A stretch of DNA of 62,868 bases, counting the filler, from Choristocarpus tenellus KU-1152 (taxonomy: Eukaryota; Protista; Phaeophyceae), in NCBI GenBank assembly GCA_964200185.2. It is 12 parts of 12 records of this genome, joined end to end, with 100 filler letters (N's around TTAATTAATTAA, not from the genome) between each part and the next. Parts side by side here need not be neighbours in the genome. Positions count along the whole stretch, not along the records: positions 24,447 to 28,159 come from CAXNAD020018350.1; positions 28,260 to 37,135 come from CAXNAD020004236.1; positions 37,236 to 39,936 come from CAXNAD020025513.1; positions 40,037 to 44,965 come from CAXNAD020012493.1; 8 more parts are not named here. One strand, 5' to 3'. Positions 27,072 through 40,499 of the stretch are shown here, one piece after another. A program made the translations under genes and the position numbers. The notes beneath the pieces are model-generated. The model worked only from the letters and a program-made list of their open reading frames with translations. It was not told the origin of the DNA and did not search any database. Position 1 is the first letter of the stretch. The number at the start of each line of letters is the position of its first letter.

Positions 27072-27976
27072 TCATTTCTCCGCTGTCCCCATGCTAGTAT
27101 CACTTTGTAAACTTTTTCTGCGTACACTGTCTCTTCTCGCCTGCACATGTTTCTCTTGTGCCAACTTGAACTTGCCCAAGAGGGTACTTACATCTGCTGC
27201 CTTTGCCTGGAGATCGAGTAGCCAAGACAAAAATGAGGCAAACAAATGCAAGCGAGAGATGAGGGTGGGGGGAGGGGGGGGGAAGTCACGATTATAAGGT
27301 CTCTCATCAGAAAAGACATCAGGAAAGACTTGAACTAGAAAATGTGAGGATCTTGTCTTCTGGGTGCATAATCTAGGGATTGAAGTAATCGATCCAAATC
27401 ATATGCTGGATGGGTAGGACATGGAGGCATTGTGCAGGACAACAGAGGATAAGGAGAGAGCCTTATGTGATCTTGACAACCTAAAGCAAACTAACCTGCA
27501 GAACAGCAAGCCACTTATGAAAGCAGGCGGAAAATGTGTTAGGTGGGACACACTTGTCCAGAAGTCACAAGACATCTTGCTAAGCTATGCACATTTCCCT
27601 CCCTCAACAAAACAAATACTCCTTCGAGTCAATTGACTGAAGGCGCATCTTCCCAGCACTAAGCAGAGAACCAGGGTGAAGGACGGGAGCAGATATAAAT
27701 TGGGAGATAGTTTATGTTGGCAAACCATCACCAAACTATCGAGACAGTCCACCATCCTCACCAAGACAGTAAAAAAACAAAATACAAAGAAATTAGTTGC
27801 ACCATAGAGCACACCTTGCTTCCCCTTCGCGCCAGCGAAGTTGGAACCCTGTCCCCACGACTAATACTTCCAGTTCCACTTGTGGTACTTGTCCCAGAGG
27901 ACGGGAGGACAGAGAGGTTCTGGTGCAACGAGCAAGCTGTTGTCATTCGACCTCGTAAGGTGTTGAAGGCTGTGGA
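27072..27976 (-). CDS. VAC14: VAC14 homolog, last two exons (27976-27815, 27206-27072)
   Basis: STAFNTLRGRMTTACSL matches the (LPQ)SxAFxxLxxRL motif; the final exon VSTLLGKFKLAQEKHVQARR...stop matches the VAC14 terminal helix; phase 0 junctions. Confidence 0.75.
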
Positions 27977-30046
27977 CTGAGTACAGTCAACAGAGGCACA
28001 GAGATGGAGTGTAGGATACGTCTTAGTCTTTGCGTTGTGTTGGTTGAGAGCCGGAAGTCCAGTCTATGAACACAAATCGGTACTGTAGTATGCAGGGGGA
28101 AAGGAAGGTGGGGATTTGGGGGTGGGGCGGGAGGGGGGCTAAATGAAATGGTGGTAGCANNNNNNNNNNNNNNNNNNNNNNNNNNNNNNNNNNNNNNNNN
28201 NNNTTAATTAATTAANNNNNNNNNNNNNNNNNNNNNNNNNNNNNNNNNNNNNNNNNNNNTGAACCTCTGTGGTAGGTGCAGGTGGTGCTGTTCCCCCCCA
28301 AGTTACCCAGTCTTGGCCAATAATTTCAGCTTTCCCGATATCCTTAAAATCCAAGTCACTTCTACTTTTGAGTCGTTCTCATTTTATGTAGCGTTGGATT
28401 ATGTAATGCTTTAGTAGTTACGGCTGCAGATATCTCCATAGATTTCGTGGTTACGAACCCCTTCAATGCTAGACTTCTTTGCACGCATGCATATCTGGTT
28501 TCGGTTATCCTGTTCCATGTGGCAAGCACAACCGATTTATACACCTCTACTATCCTGCCTCTCTCTGCCTGCATCACAAAAACGTCAGAACAAGATAATG
28601 GTGGAAACTTTGTTTTCGATCCAACTGAAGATTCAAGGGAGGAGATGGTGCAACGGCTAGTGGAAGTGCTGAACCCAACTTGCCAGAAACAAGGAAGAAC
28701 CGGGCGTACACAAAGGTAGTCGAAATTCAACAGACAGTTGTTAGACAGTAGCAGTTTGTTGAGAGGTAGTCCAATGTACAGCATGCCTCTGACAATGGGT
28801 CGGGATTACCCTCGAAAAATTTGATTCAACAGTTAATACTCCCTTCGTTCATAATTAAATACAACATGACTTTTGTAAGTTCCATTCTCACCCGGGAACA
28901 ACCCAGATGACAAACCCTCTGAAGGAGCCTTAGTTCTCAAATAGATAGGGAGTCGTGCAAAGTTTGAGATGGTGGACTATCACGACTATGGAGGATCACC
29001 AGTACAAAGTAAATCAAGTCATATTTGACAGGGTTCAAAAACATAATGAAACCGTCGAAGTGGGAGCTTATTGGGATGCCTAGGATGAAGGTACCCCATC
29101 GTTCGACCGGCTCGCTCATCCCATCATCACCCATCAGTCCCAATTCTTCAGCCCATAAGTATGTCTGAGGTCCAGATCCAAACACTCCGATGAAGAACAG
29201 CATGATCACGTAATGCCTGGAGGGAAAAGGGATTGAGACTTAGATACCTCTGGGGATGGCAGCAGCCATCACGGAGGACTTCAGGGTTTCCCAATCACCA
29301 TATTCCTTCATCTGAAGGAATATGACAGCTACACGGCCCGGGGTAAATGCATGGATCTTGTACAATGCTGCAAGGGCCAATGTGGCCGCTGTACAAGTAT
29401 CCTCGACGTTTGGGATGTCCCATCAGTACACCACACATCCTTCCACAAATTGGCGGGCAAAGCTGGGGTCTCCCTTGCCTCATTGTAGGACCTCTGTGCA
29501 GGCTCAAGAAGGTCAAGAAGGTCAAGCCGTGGGTTAAGCCAGTCCCCTCAGACTACCAGAAAGTCAGCAGGGTGGGTTTCGTCATCAGCCACACGCACAG
29601 GAGAGGAAGAAATGGGGTATTAGTTGATGGTTTATATGACTGGGTACAGGATATAAATTACATTACAAATGTGGTGTTCCTTGCAGCTGTGGCCCGCCCT
29701 AGGAAGCTCTACAAATGCGATGTGGCTTAAAGGGAAAATCGAGATCTGGACAATCGTGGGCACTAAAGGTCGTTCAGCACTCCAGTAAACACCGCTCCAA
29801 GGGTACCAAGGAGATTCTGCCAGTCATGGTGGACGGGGGGAGGTATATAAGAAGGTTATGATCGAGGATGATCTCGGCAATCAAGGCCTGCATGCCTAGC
29901 CCAGAAGGATACGCCATCTTTGCGCAGCAGGACGGGGTAAAGTCATACACCAATGAGGCAATCATGGAGCCAATCGAGGAGGTGGTGGGGGACGACATTG
30001 TAATAGAGACCCAGCAAGTCAACTGACCTGACCTCAACGTCATGAT

Positions 30047-30569
30047 GAGTGAAAGCATGTAATAGGGTAGGAGTTTTGCCCTGTTTTTCCGTTCGGGGCT
30101 TGACTTCTCATAGGTTTCCTATGCCCTTTGTTGGTTTCCCTGTGTCAACATAGTTACCTAAAATGTGTAGGACTATGAAAGGTATGTTTGGAGCAAGGAT
30201 ATTGACTCTTGCTAACAAACATGATAGTCAAATTTCATCAAAATCGTAACATTGGGTTAATGATCCCGAACGGACGTGACGAGTCAAAGTATCTTAGAGG
30301 GTAGGGCCGCGTCCATTTGGGGACCAAAATCCAATGTTGCGATTTTGATGTAATTTTCGTCTATCTTATTTGATAGGAAGTGTCAATATCCTTGTTCCGG
30401 ACACACCTTCTCATAACGTATACATTTTACCTACTCCGAAACACTTTGGAGTAGAAAAATGTCATTTAAAACCCCATGGGATGCCAAGCCCCAAATGGAC
30501 AAATAGGGTAAAACTCGTACCCTCTAAGATACTTTCACTCTGACCCTACCCTCCAAGATGCTTTGGCTC
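30047..30569 (-). mobile_element. Old MITE family A copy (TSD TGAT/TGAC), split by a younger copy
   Basis: Body runs 30047-30280 and resumes at 30541-30569. Confidence 0.88.
30281..30540 (+). mobile_element. Young MITE family A copy nested in the older copy
   Basis: Intact TIRs and exact TGAC TSD; nearly identical to the 15662-15920 copy. Confidence 0.93.
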
Positions 30570-31799
30570 TGACCTGGGATTCTTTCATTCCATCCAGCTA
30601 CTGAAGGTAGAGACGTAGGGGTGACTAACACAGAGAAGCTGGTGGAGGCCACAATGGAGGCATTCGGTGTGTACCTCCGGGAGATACTAGGGCGCATCTG
30701 GCAGAGCTTCTTTGCAGTCTACGGTGAAGTGCTAGTATCCAAGGGTGACAGCGTCTTCAAAATTCCCCGTGTTAGCTAGGAAAAGGTCGAGAAGGCGGAC
30801 AAGCTCCCCTTGAATGCCCTCAGTGGATGCAGCGAATTACCGTGCTGGAATGTAATTTTGGAGGACTTCGGGGCGGAGTCTTAGATAGATGTAGGCTACC
30901 CTATTTTGCTTGAGATTTTGGTGGGTAACCTTTTAGTGTCTGCACAATACACCCATATAATATGAACATGTGGAAAAAACATCTTGCTTCTTCATTGAGA
31001 CTGCAAAAGTATGTTACATTTAATTCCAAATGGTGGAGGTAATAAAATAAAAACAGATGAGTCGTTGCAATATCACAATATGATATGATGTGCACAAAAT
31101 ATACATGTTAGGTGAAGGGTATTTTGACCCTTGCCTACTACGCATCACTTTAATAGTAAATACTTGAGTTTTCTGCCGTCCTTGAACCCTATTTTCAATA
31201 TATCGATGATCGTGAGCATCACGATGATGTCAATGGCTATTTTTTATTACCGATGCATTTTGAAAACAAGAGGAAATCATTCCTGCATCATGACTACAAA
31301 GCTTACAGGCGTACAGTTCCGGGGTTTATGGTTGGTTTATCACCTTGGTGTCCGGTGCTGATGTGGATGTTTGGCTTGGTATAGTGAAACACATTACATA
31401 ATGTAAAGTGTGAAGTTTGTGTAGGAGTTTTTTTACAAAATACAGAAAGACTTCCTAACTGTTGAGGTTCAGCAAAACACCCTTTTCTGCCCGTCATGCG
31501 GTCGAGAAATCTCTACCCCGACCCGTCACCTGACATCTTTGATTGACACATCAGGTAGTTTCAAAAGTGGATAGTTTCGGTGGTGTCGGCAGTATAAACT
31601 GACTTAACAGGAAACTGTTGAGGATGGTATATATGGGTATGTGAAATTAGTGGCTCACACAAGAGGAATGAGTGCCAATCAAAAATACGACTTATGTATC
31701 TGCCAATATCATAACACATCTTAATACACAGTCCATCCATTTTGTTGGAAGCTGCCTCAGAAGAAGTACTACTACCTCCTGCACGGAAGGCACTGCCAG

Positions 31800-33900
31800 G
31801 AGGGTGGGGTGCAAGTGATAGTGCACTTATCAGAAACCAGGGTGGAGCGGAAATGGCATGGGAGCAACTGCGCAAAGACCTCCAAAGTGCCATTTTTCAA
31901 TAAGGCGTTGAAGATGCGTGACAAGCAACTCAAACGTGTGAGGGTGCCTATCGTGTAGAATGTTTTTTGTGACAAGCCAGGAAGATGGAGAACCTTATCC
32001 ATCGTGTGGACCAACCTGGTTTAGACCAACAACTGAAAGGGTTCAAGGTAGAAGAGAGAACTAGGTAGAGTATCTTCGAGCACCCTTAGGGTGCATCTTG
32101 AAGGTTACTGAGAAACAAAACGGTCGTTTTGGAACGGTGGAGGAGATACTTCAAAGTACTGCTCAAGGACATGTCGATCAACCTCAACCATCGCAGTATC
32201 CTGAAGCCCTCAACCAACAACCAACATCCATGTTAGTCGTGGAAGTGACTAGAGTAATTGACCCAATGGGAAATTGGAAGTCCATTGGTTCAGACAATAT
32301 TCCAGCCAAAGCTTTCCCAAAAAGAGGACAAGGCTATCTTCCAGGGTTTCCTCGAGACAAGAGTATTGTGTTGTCTGTATGTAATCAGGAAGTTGTTCCG
32401 CAACGTAGTCATCACGGTGCTACACAAAAAGAAAGACTTGACAATTGTGGGAATCACAGGGACATCTTATTGGTGGCACAACCTGGAAAAATACTGATCG
32501 AGGTTGTTGCACAAAATGCCTAGGACCTGGAACAGGAGAACGTACTCCATGAGTAACAATGTGATCGCCAGTCCCCATGCTACACTAGTGGTAGTATGTA
32601 CACTGTACACGCCCTTCCAAAAACTCGGCCAGGAAAAACATGCACTATTACCTTTCTTTATCCATATGATCTATTAACCTATAAAATATATTATGACTCT
32701 GTTGACTACGATTTCCTGTGGACTGTGCTTTACCACCATATTTGGATTTAGAGTGGTTGGGAAGACGACTTGAGTCATCCGCCAGTTCCATGATGGAATG
32801 TGGGCATGCGTTCGTATATGTGAATGAGAGTGTACAGACTTATTTGAGATTAGGTAGGGCCTTCGATAAGGTCGTGTTCTTGCTCCCAGTCTATTCAACG
32901 TCTTCTTCATTTCAATGCCAAGCATAGCATTAAGGAGGTCACATCTGACTTGTCCATCTCCAATGAACTTGTTGTCATCAAGAGGGTGACCACAAACAAC
33001 CAGAACAAAAGAGGAGGAGAAAAAGGAGATACCTGAGCAAATACTGTGGGGTATGCGTTGCACTGACAATGCGGGAATAGGTCTAAGGATCCAATAAGGA
33101 TTTGCCAGGACGATGATACAACGATTATGAAGGTGGTCAGGTTGTTCGTTCTGACCACGTTAGAGTTGAAGGTGGAGATCACGTCCTTTTTACCTCCCAA
33201 TGAAACCGAAGACTTCATGCTGATCCAGCCGTTGAGCCAGAAATATAAGCAGACTGAATTGTTTGTTTACCTTGGAGGCACCATCACTGATGAACCTACC
33301 ATCATTGCCGAGATCAGCCGCAGGATCCAATTAGCCTGCACATTTTTTCGCAAATCATCCAGGTGCTCCATGATAGGTGCTCAGGTGCATTAGTTGAGCT
33401 TTAGATCAGAACGCCCAGGATTTACATACTTTAGGTTCTCTGTTACATGGTTGAACAATATGGATGGGATACTCCAGTAGGTCAAATTTGTGAAGCTTCG
33501 CTCCCAACACAAATTTCTTCTACATTGCATCGAATTTCACAAACGGGAACGCACCCATCATGCACTGTCCTAGAAAAAGGCCCTTGGGAAGAGAGATCAT
33601 GAGAGTATTGGGGCGACTGTGCAAAAACGGAGGTTCCTATTTGCAAGGTGAGTTGCACGCACGGGGGATAGAGAGAATTCCCAAGGTGATGATGTTTGGG
33701 TAGCTCACAGATGGAAAATGGATGTAAGGTGGACACGATAATAACTCGTGGACATACCTCTAACACGACGACCTTATGAACTTTGGGATCACAGTTCAGG
33801 GGCGGAGTACAAAGGCGACCAACAGAGGTGAAATGAGTGTATGGTTGGCGGCACAACAAGCTTCGTGGCAGAGTGGAATAGCTGATGTTATATCATGCTA
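31800..33900 (+). mobile_element. Degenerate RTE-clade LINE reverse transcriptase
   Basis: MGNWKSIGSDNIPAK, CGNHRDILLVAQPGKIL, YDSVD, GLR.GRVLAPSLFNVF, LWGM..TD, FVYLGGTI in order, with frameshifts. Confidence 0.85.
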
Positions 33901-36900
33901 AAGCAGCAGGAAAGGCAGCCCAAACAACCAACACAAACATCCCCACTTTCATATGAATGCCGTTTTTCTTGCTTGATCTTTTAGGTTTGAATTTTCTTGC
34001 GTCCTTTTTCGGAATGGACTACACAGTTTGTGGGTGCTAGAGCATTACACATGAGTTCTTTCTACTCTTGGTCTTGTTCTTCTCTATTTTCTTCATTTCA
34101 CTAGTTTTCTACTTGCATTGCTTAAACAGTGCTATCACATTCTTCTAACCACCTTTTGACCTTTGTAGGTCTGAAGACTAATGTAACAAACAATTATAAT
34201 AGTTAAATAATCTGCAGTACATCAAAAAGGAAGATTTTTTTTTGCATCTGTGAAAAGCAGGGTTTGGACAGAACGTCACGGCACCGTTGATGAACTTGTA
34301 AAGGGGGTTCAAGTATGTTCCACGCGTGCGAATGCAGACACGCTCGAGAGGGTGTGACAGACTCTGTTTAAGAGGGACAATCAGGTGTTAAGGGCGTTGG
34401 GGGAGATAGATTTCGAGGTAGAGCACACCGGGACCAAAAAAAGGCAGCGGGAGTGCGGGTTGACTAGATCAGCCAAAGAACCATAGATTATTATGTAAAA
34501 TGTTCTAAGGAACCCAGCGCAAAGTTCGTTTTGTGATCGGAGGTCATCCTGAAGAGCTACAACTTAACGGCCCAGACTTATGGGACAGAGGGACTATGAT
34601 AATACGACCACACATACAATGAATAATTGGCCGTTGACTGTCGGCTGTGACTTGGTATTGGTTGTGCTGGTGTGTTCGTTTTCATGTGTTTGTTATCATC
34701 ATTGATCTGATGTCTGATTCTTGGCTGTGGTCATGCACTGATGAACCTTCAGCGAGGGAGTACGTCATTGCCAGTCAAGGCAAAGTTAAGTGGGTTGTGA
34801 GCATGAGTTCGAGACGGCGAAAGGCATACCTCGAAAACAAGGACTCAACGATCGCTTAGGCGCAGTCAAGATACTACAACGTCGATATTTTGAACCCCAG
34901 AGTTTACAGATAACTTGAGAGACCTCAGGTGATATCTCAAGTACAGGAATCTCAAATGACTTCCTCACATGAGATATTCATAGAAGGCAGGACAAGTACA
35001 AACGAAGTTTGGTCCAAGCACGGATGAAGGAGGACATATGACAGGGTAGTGAGTCTGACGTGGTGCTGGGGATGGGGGGGGAATTACCCTGTAGAATATG
35101 TTGTAGTACTGTATTTATGATTTATGGTACGTACATAATGAAGATCGCGTCTCTTTAGCAACGAGGTTCACATACAAATGAAGGATATACCTCATCCCTG
35201 TTTTTTTTTATATGATTAATACTAGAGAGCTTCATCTCACGTCAGTATGCCCCCTCTTATAGCAATCGAGATTAGCTATCAACATCCCAAGCAGAGTACA
35301 AAATATTAAATTGTCAACTTTGGGATGGTCGACATAGTCATCCATCAACCCTCCAAATTCGCTGCGAGCACAAAAGACCCTTGAGCTGCTGAGGAACCCC
35401 GCCAAAGCTGATTTTTGGGGTGGACAATTCCATTTGGTTGGCATTTTATGTTGGAAGAGGAGCATGGTGCTCTATAATATAGAGCTTTATTCTACTTGTT
35501 ATCAGTTAAAACACATGTGAATCGTGTGATGCCGTGGTGGCGTGGTTCTCTCAGGCAAGGGTAGCAAAAGAGAATCACAGGGCAAGACGAACCAGACGGA
35601 CCAAGACCAACTGTAGATGGCGAGGTAGGATTGGATAAGGACAAGTACGTGTGGAGAATGGAGGAGTGAAGCGAATCACCACCAGAGAGACAGGAAGGGA
35701 CTCCAAAAGAGCCAAACCAATTGAGAGGTAGGCAGGTTTGTATCCTTTTGCCTTCTACGCCATATTTCTTACGCTCTGTTCCTTTTTTTGTTGTGCGCAA
35801 AGTGTACGCAATGCTGATCTTCCCCCTTTCCACTCACACGAAGTGACACCACAACTAGGCAAAGGCACTTTCTATACGATTGTACAAAACAGTGTATTTT
35901 GCCCTTTCTCGGAATCCTTGATATGCAACCTTGCCTACCTCTGGATTAGTTTGACTCAAAGGAATCCCTTGGCGCTTGGTAGCTCCGAATGAAAAGAGTT
36001 CACCTGCGGAACGGTATCTCGGAGAGACTTCGCTGAATCTGTCTCAATGAAGATCCTCTATCGCTATTTTGATGTACCGGGTACAGGCTCAAGGGTAATG
36101 GGTCGCGGTCACACTGACTGTGTGGCATCTCGAACTACCACCCATCACTCGTGAGTGCTGCCCATATATAACCTTTTTATACCACAAGATTGATCACTTT
36201 TGATAGGTTTCATTCTGAAAGAGGAAACTGAATTATCCAAGAACGTCCCATAGGATATCGTTCCTTTCGAACCAACCACTATTCACACTACTACTATCAC
36301 ACTACTATACCTACAGGCCTAACCCTATGACAGTGGGCGAGGAATGAGGGAAGAATCCCAACCAAGAATCTGTAAGGCACTTCGTGTCCATTGGTGCAGA
36401 AATCTCCACTTCGCCCTCAAAATGGTGACCAAACATTTTATTTTTTTAGCTATATCTGGTGGCCTCATATCAACATGTGGAGGCAGTGGTAGTATGTATA
36501 ATTATAATAATAGACATGTCTACCATTAGTAGAAATTTGTGAGTAGACGCAAATACGAGGTGTGGGCCATACTTTCTACTTCGAAGTATGTGTCAATATT
36601 AAACACTCCAGCGAATGTGAGAGGTAAGAGCACTCGTTTTAACAATTCTCGAAAGCGTATTCGTAGAAGTGTTGCAAACAATAATAGTGACGTTATAAAT
36701 AGTGAAAGGGTACACTTCCTTAAAAACCTAGCCTAAATTCGAGGGATGAAATCGTAATACGAAATAGTTATCAACATATTGCATTGAGTGGTGTTGGCCC
36801 ATCAGAATGTATCAACAACTACCGTATGGGAGGTCCCTCCGTTTGACCCATGCGAGGGTTGTGGTTGACGGATCGCTGGTATTGACGTCTCAAACAAGCG

Positions 36901-39900
36901 ATACTTTTCACGAGGAATTTGATGGTTGCTATCCCCACCCCTGGCTAATTTGTTCAGTGGATTAATATTTCATTGAGAGGGAGCATGCTCATCGTCGCTC
37001 TTGGTGGCGAATTTTTTTGTAGTGACTCTAAGTTTCTATCACTATTTTGTTCTGAGGGATGATAGTACTGTTACAGGCGCCCCTCAATGCTCACCTTTCC
37101 AGGATGTAGAAGTCAAATCCAATTCACAGATTAACNNNNNNNNNNNNNNNNNNNNNNNNNNNNNNNNNNNNNNNNNNNNTTAATTAATTAANNNNNNNNN
37201 NNNNNNNNNNNNNNNNNNNNNNNNNNNNNNNNNNNTATTCACCAAAAAGTGACCACCCACCTCCGTATCCAATTCACATGGCTTCCCTAAGCAGTACGCT
37301 GCCGATGTGAACATCTTGTACGTGAAGAAATACATGATACCCTGTACAGCTTTACATTCGAAAAACAATAATTTCTTTCGGGTTTGCACCTCACCCATCC
37401 CTCACTTTTTACATATTAATATGCAAGAATAGCCGCCCTCTATTGCTAGTCCTCGTCACCCGAAACCCGAGCACTTCACCACTGCTTTTTTTTTTAGCGC
37501 GACCTTTCCCTCTTATGTAATGAATTAAGGCGCATAACCAGCCACATTCATTGCGATGCAAGTTGATCAGTCAGATTCCCTTTCCCCAACCATTTCTATT
37601 TATCTGATCACGTCCATCATACCTTTTTTTTATATCCATTTTTTTTTTCGAAGAATGGATAATCATGTAACCACACTCATTCAACATACTGAAAAGGTAT
37701 CACGAATCGCTTCTCAACTATATTCTATTTTCACATGACGCCGAACGACGTCATGCGAGACTTGCATCGTAAAGTTGATAAATTAGGCATTGAGATGACA
37801 CAAATGAAATAGGATTACTATGCAACAACACAAAACAAACAACGTGTGCATGAGAGAGATGCAGGTAGTGATCAGAGTTTGGTACAGGGTAGGGTTACTA
37901 TTTGTGTACATCGACATAAGAATGTGCGATGGGAGTTAGGGCATCCATGTTAGGGACTGTGTTTGTGAGGGAGCATACGATATGTGCGCTAACGATCTGC
38001 TTGGCAAACTCTGTATACATTGCGAAGATTTTCTAACAAGACTGTGTTGGGTTAGTTAAGGTGTGCCCCAGGGACATGGGGTCATTCAAATTTTTGTGGA
38101 TATGCGCAACGCGACGATGGAAGTTTACGAAGGGACGTTGTAAAGGTTGTTTCCGTAAACGTTGACAATTTTTACAACCATTTCGGAATTAGGGAGGGGA
38201 GGGAGGGGGGGTAGAGGTGCACACTTGGTGGCCGTCATTGTGGACAAGAAGAAGGATGAGCATAATCTTCAATCCCAACCGTTCCAAATAATTATGACTT
38301 AATGATTTCGTTGTCATTCGTGGTCTTCGTGAGAGTGTACATGTGGGCAGGGCTGCAGTAGTATGCCTGATTCTTTCACAAGTTCTATAAAGGAACATGG
38401 TCCCAAACTAAAGGGACTAACGACCACGGCCTTAGAGTTCTACGGAGGATTTGTTGGTGCGATGGAGTGATATATAAGAAAAGGTTGCGTAATGATGGGA
38501 GGGGGTGTGTGTGACCTGGCGAGGAATATGGCGACTTCAGTTGCGGTTGTTATTGTGGTCGATAAACCATGTGTTATATCCGTGTGGAAAAGGCAAAGGT
38601 GGTGTTGCATAGAGTAGGGTTAGGAAAACACGTATGAGTGTGTAGCTATGTGGTAACAGCGCGCACAGACTCTACCGCGTTAGTGGGATGGGTAGATTAC
38701 GAGTTTCACTATGTCTCTGGGTTGGTATAATGACATTCCGATGATGGGGGTGGGACAACACGGTCAGAACTAATGCGGAAAGAAGCTGTTGCCCAATCTT
38801 ACGGAAAAGCCAGGGAAGATTGGTATATATAGTGATCGACACGTTTGACAAATCATGTTGTGAATGTTCCGCTTGACGCGTTGGGGTAAAGATTGGGTGG
38901 TAGAATTAGGTACTGTGTCGTGTGGAACGGGTTACACCAAAAGGACAAGGACACACATGCAACAGTCATCCTTTCCCGTGTTCATGTTACAACGACGGCG
39001 TGAGGGGCTTGCTCAAATAGAAACAAATTGGGAAATAGTGCACAGGCTATACTGTCCTTTTCATTTCGTCGTCTGTAGGACAATGATTCGGTGCGCGTTA
39101 CAAACGTGTCTAGAGGCGTAGAAGAGGAAACATAAAGGCTAGAAATACGAAGGATCAAGGCTGAATGATCCGGATTGTGCATGGAGCGACGTGTTGGAAT
39201 GGGAGCTATGATAGGGCGGTTGATGAGGCAAATCATTCATCATGCGCGATATTGTCTGCTGAGAGCGGAGAAGGCGATTTCATATACTCAAGGTTGGTTT
39301 TAATGATCTGGAATAACCTTCAAGATGTATGCGTCAAACTCACTTGTTGCCTGCTGCTTTTGACATCCTTAAGTCCAGCAATTGCGACGCCTTTCCTTTT
39401 TAGTTCCTTTGCAGTGGGGCGATGTGGGTGTGTTCCAAAGCGGGCAGCGTAAACCTGTAGGGGAGGAGAAGCCACCTTTTGCCCTTAACCGCTGGTCCGG
39501 ATGGAGGGCTCGCCACGGGGGGTTGCTTCCTGTCTCCGTTTCCGTCACCTCCTCCTCCCATACAGAAGACCGTCAGCCGTTTATTCACCTCCCAACTACC
39601 CGTATATCGTACTATGATACGTATGTATTGTACATACGACTAGGGATGATGTAATATGGTTTAGTGCAAACTCTAACATAAGATACATATGAACATAAAA
39701 TCTATCTGCATCCGTTACGTATTGTGCACCATATTGTGTCTCAAACCAATCAGGTTTCGTTCCTGCCTAACCTTGCATGAAAATACCCGTGTCAGTAATC
39801 GCCGAACCAATATTGATCTTTTTTCACTATGAGGCAGATCATCTCCAACATATCCTAAACCCATCCAGACCACATGTGTTAGGCAGGGTCCAATCAGTCG

Positions 39901-40499
39901 TGGGGGGTGTTTAGAATCACCAATTGTGTCATGGTGNNNNNNNNNNNNNNNNNNNNNNNNNNNNNNNNNNNNNNNNNNNNTTAATTAATTAANNNNNNNN
40001 NNNNNNNNNNNNNNNNNNNNNNNNNNNNNNNNNNNNTGGGTCCGGGTGGGGGGGGGGGGGCGGGCGGTGGGCGGGGGGGGGGGGGGAGGGATGACCAACG
40101 CAATCAGCCTGGGAGGTGAGGTTGAGAAATTGTGTTACCTTACCTTGGGCTGATTAGTTGTGGTTTGTGGGGTAGGGGATGACATGTGTAGTATTTTGAG
40201 TTGCTTTGCTTTTCGATTTGATGGGTTCTTGCTTGAAGGGGTAGGTGGAGTAGTGTTAGGGTGTATGGCATTCTGTTGCGGAAGTAGCAGGCCCGTTCTT
40301 TTTTTTGTTTTGTGGGAGGGACTCTTTCTATATTGGGTTATTATTTAATGTAGGTTGTGAAGGTTATGGGGATTCGATTTTTGATGTGTGTAGCACAAGA
40401 CTCGCGAAAACGACTTTATGGGCATTCATGTTGGGTGTGATGCAGAAATGATACATGTAGATTTAAACAGTCTTAGTGAGGGTTTACTTGCCTGTGTGA

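Larger units (their letters stand above)
28400..30900 (-). mobile_element. Degenerate CRE-like non-LTR retrotransposon RT
   Basis: Motifs in the expected order: PSGLGMQAL, SLVPLE, MRQG.P, GYLYSG (YLDD-like), GTFILGIPIS. Confidence 0.5.

Noticed and set aside
14984-27976. Functional clustering of CDC14, VAC14 and neighbours
   Set aside because: They are on separate contigs joined artificially.
37236-39936. Possible coding or transposon content of contig 9
   Set aside because: No recognisable motif or consistent exon chain by eye.
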